The position numbers were made by a program, and so were the translations under genes. Under the pieces are notes generated by a model. That model had not been told where the DNA came from. It did not search any database and saw only the letters and a program-made list of their open reading frames with translations. Positions 1 through 13,075 of a DNA stretch of 64,000 nt are shown one piece after another. Source of the DNA: Mobula hypostoma (taxonomy: Eukaryota); the NCBI RefSeq assembly GCF_963921235.1, contig NC_086097.1, forward strand, positions 15,996,001 through 16,060,000, in the 5' to 3' direction. How positions within the stretch are numbered: the first letter of the stretch is position 1; every line of letters starts with the position of its first letter.

Positions 1-918
1 CGCAAATTTGCTGGTACAAGCCTGGGTCGCCAGACTTGAATGCCACAGATCTAGCCTTCAGCAGACGATGTACTTCCCCGCTCATCCACAGCTTTTGGTT
101 GGAGAATGTACAGTAAGTCTTTGTAGGCACACACTCGTCCACACAGGTTTTCATGAAGTTGGTAACAACTGCGGCATTCTCATCCAGGTTCAAAGATGAA
201 TCCCTGAATGCAGTCCAGGCCACCGATTCAGAACAGTCCAGTAGGCGCTCCTGTGCTTCACCTGTCCATACCTTCTTGGTCCTCACTACTGGTGCTGCAG
301 TCTTCAGTCTCTGCCTATATTCAGTGAGTAGAAATATAGTCAGGTGATCGGACTTCCCGAAGTGAGAGCGTGGAATAGCATGGCAGGCATTCTTGATGGT
401 GGTGTAGCAATGGTCCAGTGTGTTGTTTCCTCTGGTATTGCAAGTGATCTGTTGATGGTAGTTGCTTAGTGATTTTTTCAGACTGGCCTGGTTAAAATCC
501 CCCAAAATGATGGTGAAGGCATTAGGGTGCGCTGTTTCATGCACGTTGATCCCATTGCTCAGATCATCTAAAGCCTGCTTGACATTGGCCTGAGGTGGAA
601 TGTACACTGCTACCAAAATGACCCCAGAGAACTCCCTTGGTAGGTAAAAAGGACGGCACTTTACTGCTAAATATTCCAGGTCTGGTGAGCAAAATTGGGA
701 TAGGACTGATACATTTGTGCACCAAGAAGAGTTAATCATGAGGCATATTCTTCCACCTCTGCTTTTGAGAGACTCTATAGATCTATCCTGATGGTGTATA
801 GTAAACCTGTTGATCTGGATCGATGCATCCGGTATGGAAGGGGTTAACCAGGATTCTGTGAAACATAGGACACACACGGTCCTAATGTCCCTCTGATTCA
901 ACACCCTAGCTCTGAGAT
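1..918 (-). mobile_element. Rex-Babar-like LINE fragment, APE endonuclease region
   Basis: Minus strand encodes LCFTESWL, CRPFYLPREF, GDFN and SDH motifs. Confidence 0.8.
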
Positions 919-1101
919 TGTAAAAAGCATGTAAAAAGAAGCGGTCCCAAGACAGACCCCTGTGAAACACTACTAGTCACTGGCAGCCAATCGGATTACT
1001 TCAGGGATTCTAGCACTTTGAAACAAAATGCTTCAGCTAATAGCTTAGCATTATGCCATACAATAAGCAACCACAAATAAGGTGTTCTAAATGATCATAA
1101 T

Positions 1102-2056
1102 TGTCACGTACCCCGTGACAGGAATAAAGAATCAGCAGAGATGGAAAACACTTTGGAGTCCAGTATTGCTATAAACTAATAATATTTATTAGTAACTACA
1201 CAATACAGTTATATAAATGTAGATAAATCAAACAGGTTAGCAATGATTATATGTATATAAGTGAGTATAACAGTAAGTGTGGAAATATATATGATAAACC
1301 AAGCTTCTTCAAGTCTAGGGGTAAAAAGATACAGTCTTACGATAATGAGTAAAGTTCAGTTCATGGTATTTAGTTGAGTAGTGATGGAGAGAGAGAGAGG
1401 GAGAGATCTGAGTCTTCAGGTGAGCTGACGCCGTTGATCTTCTCGTTGTCCTTCGAAATCCTTTAAAAGTCACCGACTGTGACTTTAACAAAGGGGACTG
1501 GTTTTCTGTGGTGGAGCTATCCCCCAGGTGTGGGTGGACACACGGGCAACTCCCTACCAGTCAACCCCTTTCCTCTTTTCACTGCAAGAGCAATGGATCG
1601 ATCCGCCTGATTGGTCCTCCAAAACCCACTTTTCCTGCGGGCACAACAATGCTCATTCAGTGTCCAAACATGTGTCTGAGGTCTATATCATCTGACCTCC
1701 TATTTTATCTTCCCGTGCTGAGCATCAACTGTCATTCAAATAACTCCTCCTTCCTCTCTCTCTGTAAGAAATGCAAGCAGGCAAAAGTCCTTGAGAAGTA
1801 TCAACAACCTGCTGAAAATCATAACATCAATTGTCCATTAAATAATGCCCTCAGTCACCATAGCAACTTACGAGCTGCTCGGTGCTGTCTCCAACTCAGC
1901 AGAAATCCAAAAGTTAACCAGTTCTTTAAATTGACAGTCCAACAGTTAGTCTTCGTCTCTCTCTCTCTCTTTCAAAACAACATGTTGATGTTAATTAACT
2001 CTCTCCCTCTCTTTTCAAAAGCACAGTTCATAGGGGTAATTCAGGACCCCGTCACA
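1102..2056. mobile_element. Solo LTR (Gypsy-like), 955 bp
   Basis: TGTCAC...GTCACA ends with a 4-bp TSD taat (1098-1101 and 2057-2060). Similar to 11855-12762. Confidence 0.85.
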
Positions 2057-2354
2057 TAATAAACAACTTTATGTAGCCTGGGGCCAGATAGCATGGTGCT
2101 GGTTTGTACCATTTTCCGATAAATTGCAGTGGATTGGGCAATCTAGCTAATGGGCTGCAAAAGATGCTACCTGACTTGCAGAGTGTCATCATTATTTTAT
2201 GTATTGTGCAATGGGTAGGGCCTAATGTCAGAAATGTGATATTTGAACCCTCCATCTTAACAAGGATAGGTAATATCAAGCTAATGGATCATGCACCCAG
2301 AAATAAACCCCAAATGAAATGCCGTTTGTGATACAGGTTAAAGGAACCAATTAC

Positions 2355-3213
2355 AAGTACCTCCACCCTTCCCCCTCTCTCCACTTTCTGCCAGGATTGC
2401 TCCCTCCATGATATCCTTGTCTATTCATCTCATGTCCTTGCAAACAATAAAAATGCTATACATACCCATTCACCTCCTCCCTTTCCTCCATTCAAAGCCC
2501 AAGCAGTCCTTCCAGGTGAGGCAACACTTCACTTGTGAATCTGTTGGGGTAATCTAGTGTATCCAATGCTCTTGATGCGGCCTCTTCTGCATTGGTGAGA
2601 CCCGACATAAATTGGGGACACTTTGTTGGTCACATCCTCTCCATATGTCAAAAGCGGAATTTCCCAGTGGCCAACCATTTAATTCCCATCCCTGTCCCAT
2701 TACGACATATTGATCCATGGCTTTCTCTTTTGCAAAAATAAGACCACTCTCAGGATGGAGGAACAACATCTCATATTCCATCTAATTAGCCTCCAAACTG
2801 ATGGCATGAACATCGATTTCTCCTTTCGGTAATTTTTTCCCCTCACCCCTCCCTCTTTTAATATTCCCCACTCTGACCTCTTATCTCTTCTCCTCACCTG
2901 CCTGTCATCTCCCTCTAGTGCCCTTCTTCTTCCCTTTCTCCCATGGTCTATTCTCATCTCCTATCAGATTCCTTCTTTTCCCACCATTTCCCTTTCCCAC
3001 CCATCTGGCTTCTTTTCAGCTAGTCCTCCTTCCCACCACTTTATTTTATTCTAGCATCTTCCCCCTTCCTTTTAAGTCCTGAGGAAGGGCCCTGACCTAA
3101 AATGTCAAATGTTTATTTGTCTTAATAGATGTTGTCTGACTTGCTGAGTACCTCCAGAATTTTGTGTGTGTGTTGCTCTAGACTTCCAGCATTTGCAGAA
3201 TCTCTTGTGTTTA
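2355..3213 (+). mobile_element. Old Penelope-like element 3' part (decayed GIY-YIG region, pLTR and degenerate hammerhead)
   Basis: Colinear with 39830-40734, e.g. cagtccttccaggtgaggcaacacttcac and ggaggaacaacatctcatattcc. Confidence 0.85.
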
Positions 3214-3334
3214 CGAATTCCTATTTGCCTGATCAATATCCTTGGTAGCAATACTTCTCAATGAACTTGCACAAAAAAGTATTGAAGATTTTTATGCATG
3301 TTATTGCATGATTTTCATACTGTAGACCTTTTAC

Positions 3335-3486
3335 CTTAGTTTTAAGAGTTTGCCAACGTGAGCAGAGGAAAACATGGATTCGGAATCCACGTCGTATTCG
3401 AGCCAAGAAATGTGTTCAAAAAATAATGCCTTTAAACTGGTGACATATTGCAGTGCAAGAGGTCTTGAGAAGCCTGCATTATCAAT
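3335..3486 (-). CDS. CATSPERB: CATSPERB-like exon (last in window), IDNAGFSRPLALQYVTSLKALFFEHISWLEYDVDSESMFSSAHVGKLLKL, phase 0-2
   Basis: tttcattttgtag acceptor, aag|gtaaaa donor, 152 nt with only one open frame. GFxxxLAxQ and FxxxHxGK match the recalled GFETALAPQ and FGNIHYGK. Confidence 0.88.
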
Positions 3487-3589
3487 CTACAAAATGAAAT
3501 AAATGGTCATTAAATAACTGCAGATGCAGTAAATCCGAAGTAAAAGCAGCAAATGATAGAAACACTCAGCAAATGGGATGCATCTCTTA

Positions 3590-4275
3590 AGATGCAAATT
3601 GCAGCTTGAGTCAGTGGTGAGAAAGGCAAATGCATTTGTAGCATTTATTTCAAGAGGAGTAGAATATAAAAGCAAGGAGGTAATGCTGAGGCTTTATAAG
3701 GCATTGGTCAGACTGCACACAGAGTATTGTGAGCAGTTCTTGGCTCACAATCTAAGAAAAGGATGTGTTGGCATTGGAGATGGTCCAGAGGAGGTTCTCA
3801 AGAATAATCCCAGAAATGACAGGGTTAATGTATGAGGAGTGTTTGATGGTTCTGCACCCGTACTCACAGGAGTTCAGAAGAATGAGGGTGGATCCCATTG
3901 AAACATATCGAATATTTGAAAGGTCCAGATACAGTGGATGTAGAGAGGATGTTTCCAATAGAGGGGGATTCTAGGACCAGAAGGTACAGTTTCAAAATAG
4001 AAGAAAATACTTCTAGATCATTGATGAGGAGGAATTTCTTTAGCCAGAGGGTAGTAAATCTGTGGAATTCACTGTCACAGACAGCTGTGGAGGCCAAGTT
4101 ATTGGGTATACTTAAAGTGGAACTTGATAGGTTCTTAATTAGTTAGGGTATCAAAAGTTACGGGGAGATGCAGGAGAATGAGGGTGAGAGGGATAATAAA
4201 TCAGCCAAGATGGAATGACGGAGCAGCCTTGATGGGCCAAATGGCCTAATTCTGCTACTGTGTCACATGGTCTTA
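3590..4275 (+). mobile_element. CR1 LINE 3' fragment
   Basis: LYKALVR..EYC and NFFSQRVVNLWNSL motifs, followed by the CR1 3' UTR. Confidence 0.9.
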
Positions 4276-5109
4276 AGATGTTTTGTCTTCCCTGTATTAA
4301 TTCTGTTTCTCACCTGTGCCTCACCTGTTGAGTGTTTCCAGCATTTTCTGTTTTCATTTTAAGTAAATAACCAATATTTTGAGAAATAATTAAAAATATG
4401 TTCACTTCATGGATAACACAACATTATTAAAAACAATTAATTGCTTTGATATTGAGGCTTAAAAAGAAACCACTGTTGAGCAACTCATTCATTTGGATTC
4501 ATTCTATTAATATGGCATGAATGGAGTCTACTTGGTCCATAAAAGATTTCTACAAAAGTAGTCAGCAGTACCAAAATGTGACTTTTTCCTTGTAGCCAGG
4601 TATTTTTCCTCACCCAATTATCATACCAATTTGCTTTTGAAATTCATGACTGAATTGGCTTCTACTTCCCATTCAGAGAATGATTTTCAAATTACAATTC
4701 CTTACTGCATGAGAAAAGTTTTCCTGAAGTCATCCTGTTGTTTTCCAATCATCTTAAAACTGTGGAGACACAGGAAACTGGAAATATGGAGCCTTTAGGA
4801 GGATTACAGCAAGTTACGAGCAAGGAATTGTTGACAATTCCTTTCCTCCCACAAATGCGGCTTGACCTACTGAGTTCCTCCAGCACTAATTGTTCTTTGT
4901 TGCACCTTAAAGCTGTGTATTCTTTTGCCCTTACACTTTCTGCTATTAGGTGATGCTTCTTTACCTATTTTGTTTAAAGACACCCAAACAATGGATCAAT
5001 AATCTATTTTTTGTATTTGCCTATCAGAAGAAGCTCGGTTATTTTACTATGCGGAAATGCCAATATAGTGTACTAAGAATACGCCTTTCTCTGCAATATC
5101 ATTTAGGTG

Positions 5110-5335
5110 ATATTGGAGATGTCAGGGTTAAGTTTTTTACGCAGAGAGTGGTAAGTGCCGGCGACAGTGGTGGAGGCGGATATGATAAGGTCTTTTAAGA
5201 GACTCCTGGACAGGTATATGGAGCTCAGAAAAATAGAGGGCTATGGGTAACCCTAGGTAATTTCTCAGGTAAAGACATGTTTGGCACAGGTTTGTGGGCC
5301 AAAAGGCCTGTATTGTCCTATAGGTTTTCTATGTT
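5110..5335 (+). mobile_element. CR1 LINE 3' end fragment
   Basis: FFTQRVV motif and ttctatgttt tail. Confidence 0.75.
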
Positions 5336-6681
5336 TCATTCTTGCAGAGACTGCAGGTCTCAGGAAGAAGGATCTTGTTCTACGAGAACACTGCTCAGTC
5401 CTTTTGAGAGATTGGGGAAGTGAAAGGTGATATCATTGAAACAGGTGAAATTCTTACAGGGTTTAACAAAATATGCACAGGGATGATGTTTCTCTTGGAT
5501 GGGGTGTCTAGGTCAAAGTCTCAAAATGAAAGGTTGCCATCAGGACTGATATGTTAAACAATTCTTCACTCAGATTATAGTGAATCTGTACAATTCTCTA
5601 CCCAATGGACTGTAGATCCTAATTGCTGAGTCCATTCAAGACAGGGATCAATAGATCTTGAAATATTAAAGAAGTTATAGAATCGGGGCTTAAATTCAAA
5701 AATTGATGAATTCAGAAAATTCACAATATCAATGAGATACAGGATCAGCCATAATTTTACTGAATAGTGGTGTAGACACTGATGATGAATGGTCTCAGTA
5801 TTCTTATTAAGCTACTCATCCGTAATTGCCTTTAAAATGAAGGGAGTAGGGGAAAGCCACATTCTTAAACTTCAGTAGCCTTTCCGCTAAAGGCACTCAT
5901 ACAAAGCTGTGGAGAACAGAATTCCTGGATTCCTATTCAGTAACAGAAAAGGTGAAATATTTTATAACTAATATATTTGTGTTCAAACAGTGGAGTTCCA
6001 AACCTCTTGCCACCTTTAGATTTAATACAGTAGAGATCAAAAGATTGGGGAGTGTTTTGGACTAGTCCTAGGAAGGAATTGTCGTTCAATTTGTATATGG
6101 TACACACTGGAGTCACAATGTGTGTTAGTAGTGGGTATGGATGTTTAAGCTAATACATGGTGTACCAACAAAGAAAGTTGTTTTGTCCAAGAAACTGTTG
6201 AGGTTCTTGATTGTTTTAAATGCAGCCATCTGCAACTAAAATAAATGAACCACAAAGTGTTACTTGTGTGAGACATTCAACTGCTAAGAGTTCAACATAC
6301 CCTGGCAAATTTCTTGTCCACAATAAAAAAAACCCTTGCAGATGTTGGAATTCTCATTAAAAGAAAATAAAATGCTGGAAATACTCAGCAAGTTGGGTAA
6401 CATCTGTGGCAAGAAAAACAGGGTTAATCTTTCAGATCAAAGACAAAGGGTCTCTTTCCACATAGGCTATCTGCCTGTTTAGTACTTCCAGCCTTTTCCC
6501 TCTTTATTTGTAGGTTCAAAACACAGAAGGAATGCATTACTAGTTCTCAAATGTTTCAATTTTCCAGTCCTAAAGAAGCAGTAATATTGATCAGAACAGA
6601 AGATAGTTAAAATTACATAAAGCTACCACACTGATCTTTTGTGTTATCATAATTTTAAAAAACTCACAATTGAAAACTCAC

Positions 6682-6833
6682 CGCTATTAATGATTTGTGA
6701 TCAATAAATTCCACACTCAAGCCAGTTGAAGTACTTTCATTCAAGAATATTCTCATTATATTACCACAATGATCACAGGAGAAAGCCATTGGCCGTCTAT
6801 CCCAAAAGTTAAATAAGGCATATTTGGACAAGC
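6682..6833 (-). CDS. CATSPERB: CATSPERB-like exon, (G)LSKYALFNFWDRRPMAFSCDHCGNIMRIFLNESTSTGLSVEFIDHKSLIA, phase 1-0
   Basis: ttttttttcttccaaag acceptor, gcg|gtgagt donor, 152 nt. Phase completes the Gly codon, and DHCG resembles the recalled YDHLG. Confidence 0.87.
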
Positions 6834-7118
6834 CTTTGGAAGAAAAAAAATCCAGAAATATATCAGATCGCCCCTTGAGCTGAGAAAGGGGACACATTTA
6901 AGGTTTTGGCAAATGCCAGACTGCCAGAATGTTACATAGATAGAGCCTTTAAGAAATGGTGGTATTTTGATACTTTGAGACTGAAGTGAAATTCACATGG
7001 GTCTTATCATTCCTATACTATTAAAAAGTGAATGATATTCCCTGAAACTTCAACGTCAACCAACAGTGAGAGGAAGAAAAAAATTAACAATTGTATATCC
7101 ATAGCTCACGGAGTTTCA

Positions 7119-7370
7119 TGGCATGGTAGCGTAGCACAAAACTTCACAGTACCAGCGACCTGGGTTCTATTCCTATGCTGCCTGTAAGGAGATTGTACAT
7201 TCACTTGGGTTTCTTCTGGGTGCTCTGGTTTCCTTCCACAGATCAAAGTCGTACCGTCTGGTAGGTTAATTGGTCATTGTAAATTGTACCATAGGCTAGG
7301 ATTAAATTAGGGGATTGCTGGGCAGTGCAGCTCAAAGGGCCCAAAGAGCCTATATTTCAATAAATAGAAT
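7119..7370 (+). mobile_element. tRNA-derived V-SINE/HE1-like SINE
   Basis: A-box and B-box-like motifs (tggtagcgtagc, gggttctattcc) plus the V-domain-like gggtgctctggtttccttccaca..ggttaattggtcattgtaaattg. Confidence 0.7.
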
Positions 7371-7606
7371 AAAATCCAGACCATTACGAAACTACTGCAA
7401 GACCACTTTGATTTTTCAATTGCATCCCAAGGAACATACAGCAATGAGCATAGAACGGTACAGCACCAGAATTAGCCTTTGGCCCTCGCCTAATCGATGC
7501 CTAACTAAACTAAATCTCTTCTGCTTACATATGATTTATATCCCTCCAGTCTCTGCATATTCGTGTGGCTTATCTGAAAGCTTCTTAAATGCCATTAACA
7601 TATTTG

Positions 7607-8212
7607 TGTAACCCTCTGGTTCTGTTGGCTGTGTGAGTCTAGGGAAGACAATCTCTGGTCCCACCAAATGTATGAGGTTGAGGTGCGAAGCCTCCTGTTT
7701 GTGTGGATGCTGTGTGATGTGTTACCCTGTTACAAATCAGTACCATGAAATAACAAACAGTACACCATATGCAATTAAACAATTTAGCTTTCTATTTCTT
7801 AATTTGACTAAAGGACTAGTAAAGTAAAACAAAAAGAAAAGGGGTCATTTTAATGAAACAGCCTAATGTGCACAAGTTAAGAACTCACTGTTTCCCTTCC
7901 ACTGCTCCTCCATTGACTTCCCCAGGCTTCATCCACTCCCAGCCCCAATACAAGTCCACTCCATCCTGGTGTCAATGACCTCTCCTTACTGGCATCTTCT
8001 CTCTCCATCTTCCACCGAACAAAAGACTCAGATCATCTCAGTGTCAGGCACACAGCCAGAAAAAAACAGGCCCCTCATTGGATGGTTCACATTCCAAAGC
8101 ATCCGTTATCTCTAACCATAACCCAGACACTGCTGCTACAGAAAGACCATTATATTAGCAGTGTTTCGAAAGACCATTACATTAGCAGTGAAACCTTTCG
8201 CAGGGTGTTACA
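7607..8212. mobile_element. Solo-LTR-like insertion inside a CR1 3' end
   Basis: TGTAAC...GTTACA ends. Flanks are tttg and tctg (one mismatch), and the CR1 sequence resumes across the insertion. Confidence 0.65.
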
Positions 8213-8289
8213 TCTGCTTCCACCGGTTCTAGGCACCTACTACTATCTGCTTAAAAAAACTTGCCCCCTCCTTACCTTAAATGCCTGGG

Positions 8290-10571
8290 AGAAAGTATCA
8301 GAATCAGGTCTATCAGGTGGAATATGGTTTGTGAACCATATGGGGAGGACATTAACAGACTTACTGATTGCATCACTGGCTACATCAACTTCTGTGTGGA
8401 CACTTTAGTACCATCAACGGCTGTTCACTACTTCCCTAACAACAGAGATCAGGAAACAGGGAGGAATTGAAACATGTACAGAGGGAGAGAAAGGAGAAGA
8501 TCAAGGTGGCTAAAGAGGAATACAGGGAGAGAGTGGAGAATAAGCTTGGGCAGGGTAGCACACAAGAGGTGTGGAGTGGCATGAAGAACATCACTGGCCT
8601 CAATCAGCCTAGCTGTAGAGCCTTGGAAAGCAGCCATGAATGGGCTAATGAGTTAAACAAGTTCTTCATTAGGTTTGACAACTACCCTCCTGTTCACACC
8701 ACCCTCAGCACACCAGTCCAGGTACAGAGACACCCAATGCTCACTCAGCACCAATGCCTCCCCTCCTCCATCCTCCCCCACTCCAATTTTATATGTGGAT
8801 GAACAACACAGGTTACCACTGTCTACATCCCTTCCTTGCCCTACACCTACAATCCAGGCTGGATGGTGGCGCAATGGCATCAGCGCTGGACTCCGGAGCG
8901 AAGGCTCCCGAGTTCGAATCCAAGTCGGGCCACCACTCGAGCACGCTTTCCATCCATGCCACGTCGAGCTAGCCACTCGGCCTCGTGAAAAAAAAGGGTC
9001 GAGTCAGGAACGGTCATATCGTGACCCGGTTAATCCGAAAGGAGACCAATCCTGACACCACACACCAGACAAGAATGGCTGATTGTCTGGTGCGACATGC
9101 AAAAAAAAACCTACTATCCACACCTCCACATAACAACTGCAATCGTCCCAATCTTCACGTCTCCCACCTTCTATCAACTCCCCACTCACCTTCACTACAT
9201 GTGAGAAGGGCTCTGGGAAAAGTCAGACACAGCAAAGCATTGGGACCGGATGGCATGAATCCTAAGGTACTGAAGGAGTGTTCTGAGCAGTTGTGTGGAG
9301 TTCTCCAGCACATTTTCAGTCTGAGTCTCAGCCTGGAAAGGGTCCTGAATGTGTGGAAAACATGTGTGGTCCCAGTAACCAAGAAAGGCCAACCAAAAGT
9401 CTCGAATGACCTACCATCCAGTGGCCTTATCTTCACACATCATGAAGACCCTAGAGAAGCTGGTCTTGGCTCACCTCTGACCCCTGGTCAAATCAGCCTT
9501 GATCCCCTGCAGGTTGGCTACAATGACAATATTGGAGTAACGATGCTGTCATCAAACTGCTAAACAGAGCCTAATCCTATTTGAATAAGCAAGGCAGCAC
9601 TGTGAGGATTATGATTTTTGATTTCTCAAGTGCCTTCAATATCTTACAGCCTCATTGCTGGGGGAAAGCTCCATTCAATAGAGATAGGCACTTCCATTGT
9701 ATCCTGGATAATGGACTACCTGACTGGCAGACCACAGTTTGTGTGGCTTCTCAGCTGTGTGTCAGACATGGCTATAAGCAGCACTGGGGCCCCACAGGGG
9801 ACTGTATTGGCTTCCTTCCTGTTTACCCTGTATACCTCGGACTTTAGATACAACACTGAGTCCTGTCATCTGCAGAAATTCTCTGATGACTCAGCAATAG
9901 TTGGGTGTATAAAGGGAAGACATGAGGATGAATACAGGGTCCTGGTGGAGGACTTTGTCTAATGGTGCAAGCTGAATAATCTGCAGCTCAGCATCAGTAA
10001 GACAAAGGAGATAGTGATGGACTTTAGGAAGACAAAGCCTGCATTGCTCCCTGTTACTATTGATGGTGAAAAAGTGGATATGGTGAGGACAGACTTGAGT
10101 AGGCACCAACACAGAGGCTGCTTATAAGAAGGGCCAGAGTCACCTCTATTTCCTGAGGAGACTGAGGTCCTTTGGATTACGTAGGCCTCTCCTTCACACA
10201 TTCTAACAGTCTGTTGTTGCCAGTACAATCTTCTATGCGGTGGTGTGCTTGGGCAATGGCATCAACACAAGTGATGCCAACAGGCTCAATAAACTGATTA
10301 GAAAGGCTGGGTCTGTTATAGGAGTCGAATTGGACATACTGGAGGCTGTGGTAGAACAAAGGACCCAATGGAAAATCCTGGCAACTCTGGGCAATGTTTC
10401 TCACCCTCTGCATGACACCTTGGCTGAACAGAGGAGCACTTTTAGTAATAGATTAAGACAACTGTGCTGATCCAAAGTATACTATATGTGGTCATTCTTA
10501 CCCTTGGCCATTAGGCTCTATAATGAGTCAACCTGTAGCCGGGGAAGTGATGATCTCCTCCTATTAGACTG
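8290..10571 (+). mobile_element. Rex-Babar-like LINE with RT, multiple frameshifts
   Basis: KALGPDG, FDFSSAFN, GAPQGTVL and LQKFSDD motifs. Confidence 0.88.
8857..9108 (+). mobile_element. tRNA(Arg)-like SINE with poly(A) tail, nested in the LINE
   Basis: A box TGGCGCAATGG, B box GAGTTCGAATCC, A9 tail, 12-bp TSD acctacaatcca/acctactatcca. Confidence 0.85.
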
Positions 10572-13075
10572 CAGAGGGTTATAGACTCAGCCAGCCCCAT
10601 AACAAGCACAGCCTTCCTCTCCACTGAGAATATTTTCAAATGGTGTTTCCTCAAGAAGATGACATCTATTATTTAGGATGCTCACCATCCAGACCTTGCA
10701 CTCTTCTCATTACTATCACTGGGAAGAAGATACAGGAGCATAAAGACCAATGTTTTAGAACAGCTTCCTCCTCTTCGCCATCAGATTTCTGAATCGTCCT
10801 CTTTTGCACTATTTACTTAATTATCTTACTGCAACTTATAGTAATTTTGGTGCTTTGCACTATACTGCTGCCGTAAAACAATGTGTATCAGTGATATTAA
10901 ACCTGATTCTGATTTTGACAAACTTTTATGACTCCTCAGAATGATGTATTAACTTTTTTTGGATGCACGTGGAGAGTACCTTGATGACTGCAGCAAGTAA
11001 CATATGACCAAAACCTGTACTCTTGTTCTTCACTTCCTTCATTTCCAATAGATATATTGTACCAGCACTGTTAATGAACTGGCAATAGAACCTAACTGTT
11101 AATGAAATGCTAATAAAATTCTGTAATTTGAGGAATATACATATATTTGCATACTGATTTGAATCTAATTGCATGACAGAAGAATTATTGGTATATTAAG
11201 AATATTAATGTCACAATAGTTTTTCTGTCATGCAAAATATTTATGTTATCATTATTAGTAGTATTATTAGTGGGATTATAAAAACATTGTTAATTTCCTG
11301 CTATTTGAGGATCAGAAGAGTTTGTTATATGGATCAATTACAAATATGTGTGGAGAAATGGCAGGTCTGGGTAAGTGTGAGGTCAAATGTAAGGGAACAA
11401 TCTATAGTTAATGGCAGGATCCTTTACAGCATCAGTACAAATGGATCATGGAGTCCAAGAACATAGCTCCACGAAAGTAGCCATGCAAGTAAATAAAGTG
11501 CTAAAGAAAGCATATGGCATGCTTACCTTTGTTGATTGGGCATTGAGTACAATGGTCATGAATTCATACTGCAGCTATTTAAAATTTTGGTTAGCCTTCA
11601 CTTAAAGTATGCTGTGCAATTTTGGTCACCCAATTAGAGGAAGGATATGGAGATTTTGCAAGGAATACAGAAGCAGTTTCGTAGGAAGCTTCTTCCACTC
11701 CACCAGATTTCTGAATAGTCCATGAACACTACCTTTCTATTCATCTTTAGCATGACTTATTGGCTTTTGTAACTTACAGTAATTTTTATGTCTTGCATTG
11801 TACTGTGGCCACAAAATAACAAATTTCACAACATATGTCGGTGATAATAGATAGTGTTACGTACCCCGTAACTGGGTTGCCAAACCAGCAGAAACGGACC
11901 ACTCAGTTGGAGTCTGGATTACTGGAACTAAGAAAGTTTTATTAAAGAAATAAGCAACACAGTACTCTAACAGTAAGGATATAAATGCAACAGGTTAGCA
12001 ATGAATAAACACACATGTACACAGAACTAGGATAATAGGGTCAATCAAGCTCTATCGCAGTCTAGGGGTAAGATGATCAATCACAAGTGACAGAGTTCAG
12101 TTTAGTTCAGTTCGTAGTAATCGCCGTCATGCCATTGGAGAGAGAGAGTGCGAATGCTGATATTCAAATCGGATTCAACAGACCTTTGATATTCCTTGCA
12201 GTTAGCTTTCGGACGAGCCCTTTGTAATGTCTTCTGAGGTCACCGACTGTGACCCCTCCATTCCAGACACGATCGTTCTTCAGTGGTGAACCCGGCACCC
12301 AGGCAAGGGCGGACACACACCAGGTTCCCGCCGACCGTATCTTTCCACCCTGTGCGTCTATGGCTGGTCCCGCGACCAGACCTCCAAAACTCCCACCGAC
12401 TTGTGGGAGCACACTGCTTCCAGGGTCTTGTTACCTCGTGGTGTCGTGTGTGGTGTCGTGTGTGGTGTCTGTTGCCTTAGCGAATATGTCCCTTTTTATC
12501 CCCCTGCTGGGGTATCGTCTGTCCATCACACTTCAAACAGTTCAGGGTTCAAAAGGAGCCGGTCTTGACAATACTCAGACCGGTGTCTCCTTCCGTTAAA
12601 CTCTCTCGTCTCTTCATTAACATTTCCAAATGCTGCTCCATTGTCTTACTTATCTCTCTCTCCTGAAGACAGGTGGCAGATCAACTGTTGATCCCACTGG
12701 TGCTAGCACAGGACAGTTAACATCTTAGTCTATGTGTACTTTTGTAACCCTCTTTCGTCACAATAGATACTTTATTGATTCCAAAGGAAATTACAATGTC
12801 ACAGCAGCATTAAGAGTGCACAGATATAAATATTAGAAGAGAAGCAGAAAGAATAAAATCTGATGGCGAAGAGGAGGAAGCTGTTCTAAAACATTGGTCT
12901 TTATGCTCCTGTATCTTCTTCCCAGTGATAGTAATGAGATGAGTGCAAGGCCTGGATGGTGAGCATCCTAAATAATAGATGTCATCTTCTTGAGGAAACA
13001 CCATTTGAAAATATTCTCAGTGGAGAGGAAGGCTGTGCTTGTTTTGGGGCTGGCTGAGTCTATAACCCTCTGCAG
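10569..13075. repeat. 220-bp inverted duplication (10569-10788 versus 12856-13075)
   Basis: Reverse-complement match with about 3 mismatches by eye. Confidence 0.92.
11855..12762. mobile_element. Solo LTR (Gypsy-like), 908 bp
   Basis: TGTTAC...GTCACA ends with a 4-bp TSD atag (11851-11854 and 12763-12766). Confidence 0.88.

Noticed and set aside
6834..6897. Longer version of the exon using the upstream ctttctcag acceptor (ORF 6664-6897)
   Set aside because: That acceptor gives phase 0, which is incompatible with the phase-1 donor at 23120. The ccaaag acceptor at 6834 fits.
8857..8935. Functional tRNA gene
   Set aside because: Acceptor and anticodon stems pair poorly, and the sequence continues into a SINE body with an A tail and TSD.
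1102..12762. One full-length LTR retrotransposon bounded by the two similar LTRs
   Set aside because: Each LTR has its own TSD, they are clearly diverged, and the interior holds host exons with no gag or pol.
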